Shown here: in pieces, positions 28,101-36,582 of the stretch
How the letters are laid out: each line of letters starts with the position of its first letter
How positions within the stretch are numbered: the stretch's first letter is position 1
Origin: Candidatus Obscuribacteraceae bacterium
GTDB taxonomy: Bacteria; Cyanobacteriota; Vampirovibrionia; Obscuribacterales; Obscuribacteraceae
Reading direction: 5' to 3'
Length of the DNA: 64,000 nt
NCBI GenBank assembly: GCA_044226015.1
Contig: JBGAHS010000002.1
Location: forward strand, 915,435-979,434
Program-made: the position numbers and the translations under genes
The notes under the pieces: generated by a model
The model's database searches: none
What the model was told of the DNA's origin: nothing
The model's input: only the letters and a program-made list of their open reading frames with translations

Positions 28101-30079
28101 CAACCTATTCACCGTCAATTTCCGGAGTATTGCATGCCACAGATCCACGCGTCATTATTCCTACCACAGGAACTCTGCCAGCTTACAATTTCAAGACAAG
28201 CCGGGCATCTTTCCTTACGCCTATTTCGTTTGAAACCTTCCAGCTGCCTACATCGTTCGGGGCAGTTGGCACACGAACTTTACCCACAGCCGATGTTCGC
28301 AATGTAAGAATCAGCGCGCTCAACACTTCGCTAGGAATTGGAAACACCTACGTACCAGGCAACGTGACAATTCGAGGAGAAGTTCTTGGAGGGGACATCT
28401 CCATTAATACAATCACGGACATTGGACCAACTAAAGCTGCGACTAACTTGATTTTCGACACAGGGGCATATGTTTACTCCATCGGCGGCACGAGTATTGT
28501 CTCTGCCGGCACACTGCAGTTGAATGACTCAACTGTAAATGGGGGCAACAAAACAAAGCCACTGACCATCACTGCAGCTGGCGATATCACCACAAACAAC
28601 TCGTCCATTTTCAGTAACTACAAGGGCAGCATTACGAGTCAGCACGGAAGCTTCACCGACCTGGGCACTGGCAGTCATGGTTCTTACGACGACAGCCTCT
28701 CTATAACCGCAGAAAGTAACATCACTTTCAATTCAGCTAGTTCTTTAGGTACGGTCAAAGGGCTTACCATTCAGTCAAAGAATGCAGGAATTACACTGTC
28801 CGGCAATTTATTCAATGCAAGTGGAGTTCTTAGGGTTGTTGCAGCTAAAGGAATCTCTGTCGGGGCAACACTTTCCTCAGGAGAATTAACCCCAACAGCA
28901 CCAAGCACAGGAAACCTTAGCAAGAATGATATTGCCAAAATGTTTGATGGTGTCACCGCAAAAGCTGGAAGCATTAGCATAATTTCCGGAAGCAAGACAA
29001 TGCCTCATAGTATCGCCGTGTTAGCCAACGCCAAACTTACATCCAACGGAGGCAATGTAAGCTTAGCCAGCTTCAATGACATCAGCCTTAGTACTCCAGC
29101 AACAATTTCTGCTAATGGCGGAAATGTGTTCTTGCTCGCAATGGGAAGCGTTGAAGACAGTAACAACGTCTTTAGTTCAAATGTTGTAAAAGTCAGTGCT
29201 CGTGCAATAGGCACAGCAGCCAGCTCTACGGGTGGCGTAATTGAGATTGGCTCGGGGCTGACTGCACCGACGATCGCAAGTCCCCCAGCCCAAACATCTA
29301 CCGTTAGCCAATCCGCACTGACACGCGGACCAGGATCTGTGACAATAAATGGAACTGGTGCTCTCAAGGTAAACGTAAGTTCCCAGGGTAAGGTAGAGCT
29401 AAACAATTACAGCAATAGCGCTGTCATTAACATGAGCGGTGGAGCAATCGTAATAGATGCGAAAAGTACCACACCAGGAAAGGGCGTAATCTTCGACGGA
29501 ATACAACTTGACGTAAGCGCGTTTAAGCCGATTGCCTTCGTTCAAGAACCGGAGATCAGAACTGCATTAATCGTGTCCGAGCGCGACGCGGTCATTGATA
29601 CTGCATACGGTGCAATTCAAGTAAAGCGCGGCGCCGTCCTCACATTGGAAACCTCCAATGGAATCATAAGGGTTCAGTCTTGCAGCGGACCTCACGATGT
29701 CTCTATCAAAGTTGAGAATGGAACCATTCCTGTTGCGCCTGGACAGGAAGTTTTGTTGACTGGTGCAGAACCAAGGGAGTTCGAGCGACATCCATACGAC
29801 GGCATCGGACGACGAGGTACGGTCAGCTACAAAATGGGCAAGACTCACCTGACAATTTCAGATTTCTCGATTATCTCACTCTTGCAAAATGCTGATTATC
29901 TTTCAGAACTAAAGGCAAGCAAAAACAACAGCGAAAGACGAATTCTAAGCAAGGTACTCAAGACAGCCGCTGCAGTTCAAACACTCACCGCCGGCAAACG
30001 TGGCGCTTACAATGCCAAACCGAAGGTACCAGGGTCCATGAAACACCAGCGCAGGAAAGATACGCTGGCTCAACTTTGA
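22184..30079 (+). CDS. Giant secreted filamentous-haemagglutinin-like beta-helix protein (2631 aa) with FecR-like C-terminal domain
   Basis: Signal peptide; G/S/T/N/I/V-rich beta-strand repeats (GGNVTL, GSITI); N- and C-terminal domains shared with 41862..51506. Confidence 0.85.
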   Translation: MKLRNRLLHVPALVMGPALAWSSLPCFAELNLDLASKNRTVVVGADQLSTPTTIQAGGKAHVITPGAMLTPAEFVALTQVINTGKQDLKLDAAGRASGGSFILNSVPNVADLSGLTIPSRVTALHDFASTAGTLNLSGNLVNSGNFFALSTNAATNSANISAANIFNNPHALLSTVLPAGGLPSFLNAISNLNLNLNAASNIMNAGTITSAGSLTATAGGSIINALPTGIIGLAPVMQATQNLNLNTSHLVNSGVITSANANINIVNQSISNLLVNNLGGTMKALSGSINVGDLLTTTNASLSGGNWLSNSLNINVGSEANLNIGQVSGIINAAANDLHITASTDALRLGNICLKGDPTFYNLAGDVLLNDGFDLTTNGEDLAIVAKGDIKVDDLALNPVQIDTDGGDVLMVAGANFTVPSGDDITIFGTSPEGGEIDLSTGPGCDLFNTTPTASNSNGGNITLVAFGGESGTSSVLAGKITLPLLGLNVTSGGTGSGANGNFTAIAGELSADSTSIIIGGVDTSGGTGSGGQIGLYTSIPVLTVGGNPSSSIDIVNHSLLAGHAITTDTTKNLQNNHITAFSLTSTGRQGTSVIAGGNIFFTNASYVPNGNDGPLTNVDGPHIDLIGGASGIVHQLGATLAPNAQLNIQAGSQGFISDGDISAGDIKVESQGIITVKNVTSTAGAYTINAKGEPIEVKSASLRSIGASSGDITVLGTICCNQVFLQSTFGNVGSISNRVNIAANVAVDVGVNSGSAFLTGLGDLTLFPTSFVGKLSSNTLDVETKNNGDIVLGGLDSFGVFLTGAVPNINFLGGQNSLKLTADGTGEIRQSDFVQIHAGQATLTSGTGDIGFHNLDVNGKETGLWIFASSIEAKTGGNVFLTQATVPDGKPRASVLINNVPIADGKSFLYRTDYSATQVELSKVNAGNNSSITVNSAGKIVVLDKVSVGTGSSIDIGTQSDLVLSAPTGVVEGDVGSNITLNAGKSLLQGTSVLVSAGGSISVTTGQDIQPTSATVKLGAGSVFLDAPGDIGSPSSPINTFTEKLTVNSSTNAYINSEASFPMELGIVNSNNFNFTTEGDLTLTNSMSGAAASISSNSGSITVNSNMSFGAQISLIANKGSITNNANGPVIQIGKTGSHVFISTPQLKNNGIIVGETINVSSPTGIDLHISGTGKFTSNDTRLAAPGDLDDTNTITFDNLSNQHFFGPTTFIANGDLQPNILIDNAVVVVDSPLSLLAHGYTKNFGSLSADPIRLITPNGAGIISVGQGDVVLQSNLIFEGKNLTIISPGNIFATAAVTKIELKSKDGTAGNLTLIAGFDFTKSPAGSPFDQRLTLNSINTVTGPSSHGGSIVLPKVAIDTSTQGTGFISAIGGNVVAVAHKGSENIGAILLKSVTATGGAQGRGGNVTLIGQGGVKATGLIDTSGSTGGNVTVAGAEPIIVGGPIVFQNGYLRSAGVFVALPVDEKNGASVIIGSTKTSGSFKFGGDVNIRSDSQVSVGNITATGAGKALDGISGGSVTISSLANQVNAANIDVSGMPYATFPTAPVVSTHAGSIVITAYSGISVGNLIAHGGARPGKGSGGNGGQVFASTASDNIKGYFTGSILVDGYIDTRGGDGNLKVDDGSSGGAGGSVFLNGGTVQVLKALSNVSINVAGGTAKNSANGGSGGTVQINTYGVQPFPRNFDLISSIASEAVLPGGLFTVGAPKVGTALVNAGKPPINGTVGWINSGSITQALKVSSLTDTNPAGDEYNQLGVSINITGGSETYKVIVNESTTPALQFRSGTATVSGLRQFVTPAAAVALYQVSRGLDQQIGVLGSNGVGVGRNPQFSTTTPGFSPAIIQVDERDIRGRFTNFNLSVLNTTNSALAGDAELNVSGLLPVIDLSLTKQKSINGRVMFETPDAVSMIFGAKSLGSPLGSITTAPTGTLVIGTTEAKILNLGKIGAGKIAFLGTGSSLMIDNGLYSPSPATTYSPSISGVLHATDPRVIIPTTGTLPAYNFKTSRASFLTPISFETFQLPTSFGAVGTRTLPTADVRNVRISALNTSLGIGNTYVPGNVTIRGEVLGGDISINTITDIGPTKAATNLIFDTGAYVYSIGGTSIVSAGTLQLNDSTVNGGNKTKPLTITAAGDITTNNSSIFSNYKGSITSQHGSFTDLGTGSHGSYDDSLSITAESNITFNSASSLGTVKGLTIQSKNAGITLSGNLFNASGVLRVVAAKGISVGATLSSGELTPTAPSTGNLSKNDIAKMFDGVTAKAGSISIISGSKTMPHSIAVLANAKLTSNGGNVSLASFNDISLSTPATISANGGNVFLLAMGSVEDSNNVFSSNVVKVSARAIGTAASSTGGVIEIGSGLTAPTIASPPAQTSTVSQSALTRGPGSVTINGTGALKVNVSSQGKVELNNYSNSAVINMSGGAIVIDAKSTTPGKGVIFDGIQLDVSAFKPIAFVQEPEIRTALIVSERDAVIDTAYGAIQVKRGAVLTLETSNGIIRVQSCSGPHDVSIKVENGTIPVAPGQEVLLTGAEPREFERHPYDGIGRRGTVSYKMGKTHLTISDFSIISLLQNADYLSELKASKNNSERRILSKVLKTAAAVQTLTAGKRGAYNAKPKVPGSMKHQRRKDTLAQL

Positions 30080-30415
30080 TTAGCGAAGTTTGGGCAGTCA
30101 CACTCAGCTTCCCAAGTTGACTAGACCCTTTCACAGCGCAAAAAAGGAAGCGAATACGCAGCGATAGGTTCGGGTTTGCCCGTCTAAGATCACGATGAGC
30201 TCACATTGTTTTTTTTTCAGATGCCCGGCATCCGGACACCTGACTCCTGCTACTTCAAAATCTGGATTATCTTTGGGCTGAGGCAGGATCAGTGTTCCCC
30301 ATGCGGGAATAAGAGAATTAATACAGCGTTTGCGGACTTGCGCCTTGTCGACCTTAACAAAATCTCAGACAATCGCAAGTGTCAGTGCCTGCAAGCTTTC
30401 TGCCGGGTGAGCTCA

Positions 30416-33400
30416 ATGAGTTCGGAAAAGTCAGCCATTAGCAATAGCGAGCAATCGGACCAAAAGTCCGTCGCCGCAGACCGTGCTGTTGACAAGCTAA
30501 GCCTGGAAGCGAACCCGAACCCAGACGCAAAAGCCAGAACAGAGCAGACCAATAGTGTCGCACTCCAATCACAGAATGAATTAAGCACAAAAGCAGGCTC
30601 TGTCCCAGAGCTCAAACGACTTCTCAGTGATGCTGGAAGTTTAACAAGCCCAGAAGCCGGTAAAATGGCTGCTGCAGACAAAACCAAAACAGCTCTAGTA
30701 CAGGAATCAACAAATTCCGCTGACCGCAGCTCGCAAACTGATAATGGCGCAAGTGACGCAGGCTCGGCGCTGGCGAGGCTAATTCGTGCCGCCAGCGATA
30801 ATGGTCTCAAGTGCGCAGACAAAGCTTGCAATTTTCTCGGTGAAAAAACAGCTCTCTATGGCTTCGACGAGCAGACAGGTGCAGGAATTGTTTCCAGAGT
30901 GCTAAATAAGTTCACTCAGCAGATTCAGCGGCATGAAGCAGACACCAGCAGTGGTACCATGCGAGACATCGGTGGTCGACCCTACACAGAGATAAAACTA
31001 AATGGCAATGCTCTCTATCAAGCTGCTGATGGAAGCATCTACAAGAAAGAGACTAGCGATAACAAAACATTCCTTGAAGAAATACCTGGGCTCAAAGCAG
31101 TTAGCGCGGACAAGCTGTCCATAGATGGCGTTACAAGAAATGGACTGAGAGAAAACACAACACGACAGAACTCGAATCTCGATTCATCTGCAAGTAGCAG
31201 CGAGTTGAAGACGCTGTTTACTTTAATGAAGCAACCTCACGGATTGCTCGAAAGATTGGGCAAGACAGAGACTCCAATCGTCAAACCATTTGTTGAACAG
31301 TTTGCATTCCTCGACAAACTCAAAGATTTCGCCTGGCAGTCACCATTGGAAAGCTTGAGTGGAAAACTCTCATTGCCAGGTGATACCACTTTAAGCTCTG
31401 CGCAGCTTTCTCTTAAACATCAGTTTTCCGCAGCAAGAACCGAAAGAACACTTCAAGAAGTTCAAGAGAAACAAGAAAACAGCCGTTCCACAGAACGTCT
31501 TTCCCCTAAAGCGCTCGCACAATCAAACGACTACGCCACACAGCATTTGCTAAGCGAACCCCTGCAAGATGGTTTTAAGACTGCCGGACAGTTCAGAACC
31601 TTCACCGCAGATGGTGCCTTCAACGGTAGCGATCGAGCCGCAACGGTCGTGGATCGCTCGAAGGACCAGAAGCTTAACGAGATCATCGCAGACGCCAAAG
31701 CAAAATTCGCTGAGTTGCCAGACCGCGAAAAAGCAAGAGCTCTTGCAGACTACGTGAACAAGATCATGGGACCCGCAGACGGCAATGAAAAGGCTCTGGA
31801 TGAGCGCTATCGCGCAATGATGACAGAGAATGCCGGCAAGTCGATGATGTTAAGCGAATTTCTGGGGAATGGCTCTTGCACACAACGAGCTTTGTTGCTC
31901 AAAGTTCTCGCTGATGAGATGGGGCTCAAAAGCGACGTGGTGAGAGGCAATGGTGGAGCGCATGTATGGAACACATTCAGCTTCAACGACGGAAAGAAAG
32001 AAATATTCGACACGAGAGCCCAAATCTATGGCGTCGAGACATCGCCAATGCACAAACCCATGCAGGGTTCAGCTGAGACCGTAAACAGCTCAACGTACAC
32101 AGCAGGGCAAATAGTCAACACTGAAGGCAAGAGCTGGACAGTAAAGGGCTATAACAATGAAGATGGTCGCCTTGTGCTTGAGAGAAGAGATGAGAAAGCT
32201 CTGAATGCTCAAGAAATGGCAAAATTAGCAGGTGCACAAGCGAAGGAAATAAACACGCTTGGCTCTAAGATTACACTCACAAATGAACAAGGCAAGCAGG
32301 AAGATTGGACATTCGATGGCAAAACTGCGGATGGGAAATACAAACTCAGTCGAGCAGAAGAAAAGCACGTAAGTCCTCACGACCTTTCCGAATCAGTTCT
32401 CGAAATGGCAGGTGGAAAGCGCAATCCTCACGTAGATTATCTGCAAAGCAATTGGAAACAGCTGGTCACTGACAATCCGAAGCTCTCCACACAACAGAAA
32501 GAAAGCCTTGAGACATCTCGCCGTTTGCTAGAAGAAAACGCAAACAATGCGGGAGACTTCCGCAAAATTGTAGACGCAATCTCCAAGCTTGGGCAAAGCG
32601 GTGCACCCGACGCTGGTGAACGCATAAATGCGCTTACAAAACTTGCTAATACGGCTGTCAATTATGCTGATGCTGTACATCTACCAATCGAACGCATCAT
32701 AGCACCTGATACAAACTTGACTGCACTAAAACAAGTTGCTGAATCTTTTGCACAAAGCGCACCATTTGAGATGTCTGCCCCAACAATGATGGATGGCACA
32801 CCGGCTAGAGATGGTGATGCATACGAACATGCGGCAAGTCAGGCGCTGCAAAAGGCTCTACAAGACCAGTACACACTTGACCGGTTAGTAAAAGAAGGCA
32901 AATTTCCACCAGGAGAATGGGTCTTCGTTCCTTCATCAAAAGGCTCTGTCGCCGACGACATGAAGATAGATGGCATGCTTGTAGATTTGAAATCAGATAG
33001 AGCAATCTTCATCGACTTCGCACGGCAAGATGACAAAGGTGGCTACTCCAAACTTATCGACAAACTAGACCCGAGCAAATCTGGAAATACTTTCAGCGAT
33101 GGCTCACTCAAACATCCATATGCATTAACTCTCGACCACAGCAGCATTGGGTTCAACCCGACGACTGGTGAGAATAGCGGAAAGGTCAGTGCAACGAAAG
33201 TTCTTGAAAGAGTAGGCGCATTCATGCGTGGCACGCAGCTTAGCGAGCTCGGCATCAGACAGGTGCAACAAGGTCCGGCAAAAGAGTTCAGCATCTCACG
33301 CCTGAAATCAGCTTTGGGCGGAAGATTTTTCAATTTTGCACCAGTGAATGGCGAAACGGAAGCAGCCGTAATTTCACGAGAAACTGGCACAAAAACTCTG

Positions 33401-36274
33401 GCAAGACAGACTGAACTTGAAGACATTGCGAAGAGATCGAAATCGAATCCCGAGCTTCGCTTTTTCGGTAATGCTGCCAGTTCAGCTGTTCAAATTGCTG
33501 ATGAACCTGCGCATGGAGTCGATTTTTTTGCAAATGGCTTGCGCGCTGCTGTAGAAATGGACAAACAGGGACTAAGAGACACTGTGTTTCCTACAGACAA
33601 ACCGATGACGACAAGCATATCAGTTGGCAACGACACAGAGGGTCCTACTCGCTATAAGAACCAGCCATTCATCAAAATTGTTGCTGATGATAGAACAAAA
33701 TCAGAATACAGAATCTACCAAAACGGCGATGTTCTGGTTAAAGCAAATGGTGGCAGAGACTTTCATCCAATTGGAAGCCTGGACAGCCTTAGCCAGAAAT
33801 TGGGTCAGGCTCTAAGACAAGCCGACATGGACAACGCAGACTTTGCTCCGAAGTTGAAAGAGTTGCGGCAGCTGAAAGGACGTGCTTTCCAAACCGCCAT
33901 GAACGACATCGAAGCTTTAGGCAAAAAGGAAATTTCCGCTCAAGAGTTCTATAAGCGTCAGCCTGGATTGAAACTGCTTGCAGAGGGTCTCGAACACGGT
34001 TCTGAGGTTCAGCGAAGCGCCCAGGAATCAGGGCAAAAACTAGAGCTTAGATCGCAAATTGATAAGGACGAAAAACTCGCATCACTTTCTGAAGCAGCTC
34101 GAAATGAAATAGCTGCTAAATATTTACAGCTCAAAGCACAAGGAAGAACTGATTTAAGTTTCAGAGAAATTGCTAGAGTAATCTCACTTGAAAAAGCAGG
34201 AATGAAGATTCCAGATGCAGTCGACGCAACACGTTTCCAGGCTAAGCTCGGGCCGGCTGCAGAAGCATGGACAGCAGAAGAGATAAAAACAAACTTTGAG
34301 AGCGCGAAAAAAGCGCAAGAGACCGACTACCGATCTGTAAATGAATTGACCGAAGTATTCAAATTACAGCAGCTCCAAAAGCAATTCAGCGCCACTCCTT
34401 CTGAGGCGCGCCTGTATTCGAATCTGATAAAAGAGGTTCCTACAGCTTCCAACTCGGAACTCATCGAAATGAAGCGAATGTATGATGCGATGAAAGCTAA
34501 CGAAGTGAGAGGCACAAACGCTGAACTCACCGCAAACACATTTAAGAAGTTCGGCGCCATGAGCAATGAAGCCATAGCAGAATGGGGCAAACTCACCAGC
34601 AGCCTGAAGAAGTTGCCCAGCGATCAGCTGGCAACAATGGCAGTCAACAATCTAAAAGCGCAAGCCCTTTTCGGTGTTGACGCAAGCAAAGCTGCCGAGA
34701 TTAATAAAGCAGCAAGCGATCTCGCAAAAACCGGCACAGCACCTGAGCTTGCGCACGAAGTTGCTGCCTTGCAAGTGCTGAAGAATATTAAAGGCGCTGA
34801 TGCGTTAGACCAAGCAAGATTGATATCGGAAATGCGCTCAAGATCAAGCGGAAATACGAGCTACGATAATCTGCTGGCTAGCAGCCGAGTTCTTCAGAGT
34901 GTTCGCGCTCTGGCGCCAGAGTCAATTCGTGCCGAGATGGAAACATTGATAGCCGAATCAATCAAGAAAAACGGCGCTGACCTAGCGGCACTCAAGACGA
35001 ACATCAGCGAAGAACTGTTCAATCGAGGAACATCGCAAGGCGCAAATGAAGCAGATTGGGCAAAACTTTTTGATCATGTCGATAGTACTAAATCAGTCGA
35101 TGAATTCGCCAAATTGCTCAACCTCCCTGGCGAGCAAGCAGAACGCGCAGCCGCCCTGGATGCATACAGACGTTCATACATTCCAGATAGCGGCGACAAC
35201 GCGCCTGCGACTCCTTCCGCTGTGAGCGCAAGCGATTTAGAAGCAAGACTAAAAGGCAACCAAACCTATGAAAGATTAACTGATGCAAGTCGCATGACAG
35301 ATGGACTCAAGCAGCTGACAGACAGAGCCTTACAGAGAATGCCAGAAGCTAACAATGAGAAAGCCGAATTCTTGAACAAACAGCTGAAGGCAGCCTTACG
35401 CAAGCAGCTCGGTGTGAGCACTGACGCAGAGCTTCCCGAGTCCATTCGGAATATGAAAATTAAGATCACAGACTCAAACGACAAAGCACCAAAGCTGGTG
35501 CAAGCCGCTGCGGGTGACCCTGCCACCATCGAGATACCTGCTTCTCTACTGAAAGACAACCCCAAAGGAGCACTCGTAGATGCCTATACCCATGCATCTG
35601 GACTTGGAATAATCGACGCGCTCCATCAGAAAGGTAATGAGGCTGTCGGCATACAAGCATTGAAACCAGTTCTTCAAAAAATTGCATCACAAGCAGAATT
35701 AATTGTCGGAGCACGCTCACTGGCTTTGACGGCAGATAAGCCGGCAGTCCCTGTGAATACAGAAGCGGCTGCTTCAGAACGCCCAATTCGCATTCCACAG
35801 AATCAAACCCTGGTGAGCAGCTGGGACGGAGAGAATCTCGTTTTTGGCGGCGAAAAATTCCAACTTGGCAAAGAGATTCAAGGTCTGGAAAAGGAACGCG
35901 AAAGCAGGGTGAAAGCCCTCGAACAAGAACTGAAAAAAGCGCAAGAACTTGCAGAGCAATCAAAGGCAGAATCAGACATCGCGAAAGCCAAAGAATTAGA
36001 AACCAGACTTGCAGCTGAACAGCAAGATTACAGAGTAGTATCAGAGCTAAGAGCAGCAATGGAAGGTCAAAGAGGTGCAAACGCCCAAGAGCGGGCACGC
36101 AGCTATGTAAAAGCTGCAACAGAAAAGGCAATACAAGATCGTATGAGCAATCGTGGTGGCGGAGCAGTATTCAGCAGGGCCAATGCTGCAGCCCTCGTTA
36201 TCACCACTCTTGCATTCATGTACGTAAACAGCGCCCCAGCACAAGCCGAGACCTACACAAGTTCATTCCGCTAA
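30416..36274 (+). CDS. Large multidomain protein (~1952 aa): transglutaminase/EDR1-like domain, PD-(D/E)xK-like motif, helical region, shared C-terminal module
   Basis: GSCTQRALLLKVLAD...HVWN...IFD; KIDGMLVD...IFIDF; C-terminus homologous to 13261..21075; start placed at ATG 30416. Confidence 0.85.
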   Translation: MSSEKSAISNSEQSDQKSVAADRAVDKLSLEANPNPDAKARTEQTNSVALQSQNELSTKAGSVPELKRLLSDAGSLTSPEAGKMAAADKTKTALVQESTNSADRSSQTDNGASDAGSALARLIRAASDNGLKCADKACNFLGEKTALYGFDEQTGAGIVSRVLNKFTQQIQRHEADTSSGTMRDIGGRPYTEIKLNGNALYQAADGSIYKKETSDNKTFLEEIPGLKAVSADKLSIDGVTRNGLRENTTRQNSNLDSSASSSELKTLFTLMKQPHGLLERLGKTETPIVKPFVEQFAFLDKLKDFAWQSPLESLSGKLSLPGDTTLSSAQLSLKHQFSAARTERTLQEVQEKQENSRSTERLSPKALAQSNDYATQHLLSEPLQDGFKTAGQFRTFTADGAFNGSDRAATVVDRSKDQKLNEIIADAKAKFAELPDREKARALADYVNKIMGPADGNEKALDERYRAMMTENAGKSMMLSEFLGNGSCTQRALLLKVLADEMGLKSDVVRGNGGAHVWNTFSFNDGKKEIFDTRAQIYGVETSPMHKPMQGSAETVNSSTYTAGQIVNTEGKSWTVKGYNNEDGRLVLERRDEKALNAQEMAKLAGAQAKEINTLGSKITLTNEQGKQEDWTFDGKTADGKYKLSRAEEKHVSPHDLSESVLEMAGGKRNPHVDYLQSNWKQLVTDNPKLSTQQKESLETSRRLLEENANNAGDFRKIVDAISKLGQSGAPDAGERINALTKLANTAVNYADAVHLPIERIIAPDTNLTALKQVAESFAQSAPFEMSAPTMMDGTPARDGDAYEHAASQALQKALQDQYTLDRLVKEGKFPPGEWVFVPSSKGSVADDMKIDGMLVDLKSDRAIFIDFARQDDKGGYSKLIDKLDPSKSGNTFSDGSLKHPYALTLDHSSIGFNPTTGENSGKVSATKVLERVGAFMRGTQLSELGIRQVQQGPAKEFSISRLKSALGGRFFNFAPVNGETEAAVISRETGTKTLARQTELEDIAKRSKSNPELRFFGNAASSAVQIADEPAHGVDFFANGLRAAVEMDKQGLRDTVFPTDKPMTTSISVGNDTEGPTRYKNQPFIKIVADDRTKSEYRIYQNGDVLVKANGGRDFHPIGSLDSLSQKLGQALRQADMDNADFAPKLKELRQLKGRAFQTAMNDIEALGKKEISAQEFYKRQPGLKLLAEGLEHGSEVQRSAQESGQKLELRSQIDKDEKLASLSEAARNEIAAKYLQLKAQGRTDLSFREIARVISLEKAGMKIPDAVDATRFQAKLGPAAEAWTAEEIKTNFESAKKAQETDYRSVNELTEVFKLQQLQKQFSATPSEARLYSNLIKEVPTASNSELIEMKRMYDAMKANEVRGTNAELTANTFKKFGAMSNEAIAEWGKLTSSLKKLPSDQLATMAVNNLKAQALFGVDASKAAEINKAASDLAKTGTAPELAHEVAALQVLKNIKGADALDQARLISEMRSRSSGNTSYDNLLASSRVLQSVRALAPESIRAEMETLIAESIKKNGADLAALKTNISEELFNRGTSQGANEADWAKLFDHVDSTKSVDEFAKLLNLPGEQAERAAALDAYRRSYIPDSGDNAPATPSAVSASDLEARLKGNQTYERLTDASRMTDGLKQLTDRALQRMPEANNEKAEFLNKQLKAALRKQLGVSTDAELPESIRNMKIKITDSNDKAPKLVQAAAGDPATIEIPASLLKDNPKGALVDAYTHASGLGIIDALHQKGNEAVGIQALKPVLQKIASQAELIVGARSLALTADKPAVPVNTEAAASERPIRIPQNQTLVSSWDGENLVFGGEKFQLGKEIQGLEKERESRVKALEQELKKAQELAEQSKAESDIAKAKELETRLAAEQQDYRVVSELRAAMEGQRGANAQERARSYVKAATEKAIQDRMSNRGGGAVFSRANAAALVITTLAFMYVNSAPAQAETYTSSFR

Positions 36275-36582
36275 AGAGCCCAAGCTGATGTCGACGAATA
36301 ACTCAGAGCAATTGTCGCAGTTTGACGTGTGGTTATTCCCAAGCACATTGAAATTGAAGGTATTGCCCTAATGATGAATTTGGTATAACCTGCAATAAAG
36401 TTCACCACATGTGCAGCTGCGTTTGTTTTTGCGTAAGTCAGAAGCACAAATTGCACTGCAAAAAAAAATAATCGCTTGTTGAGATTCCCAATCTAACAGC
36501 GCACTATTTGTCGCTCGTAAGAGCGCAGCTTCTCTTCTCTGAGAGGCAGCCTTGTCTTGGCTTCATCAGGGGTAATACACAA

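Noticed and set aside
30206..30415. Longer N-termini from the ORF track (also 6044, 11332, 13219, 36508, 62176)
   Set aside because: Extensions have atypical composition; downstream ATGs have better RBS or signal-peptide context.
36271..36468. 61-aa minus ORF as an immunity gene, and the A9 run as a phase-variation switch
   Set aside because: ORF is antisense to the candidate effector with no RBS; a 9-nt intergenic homopolymer alone is weak evidence.
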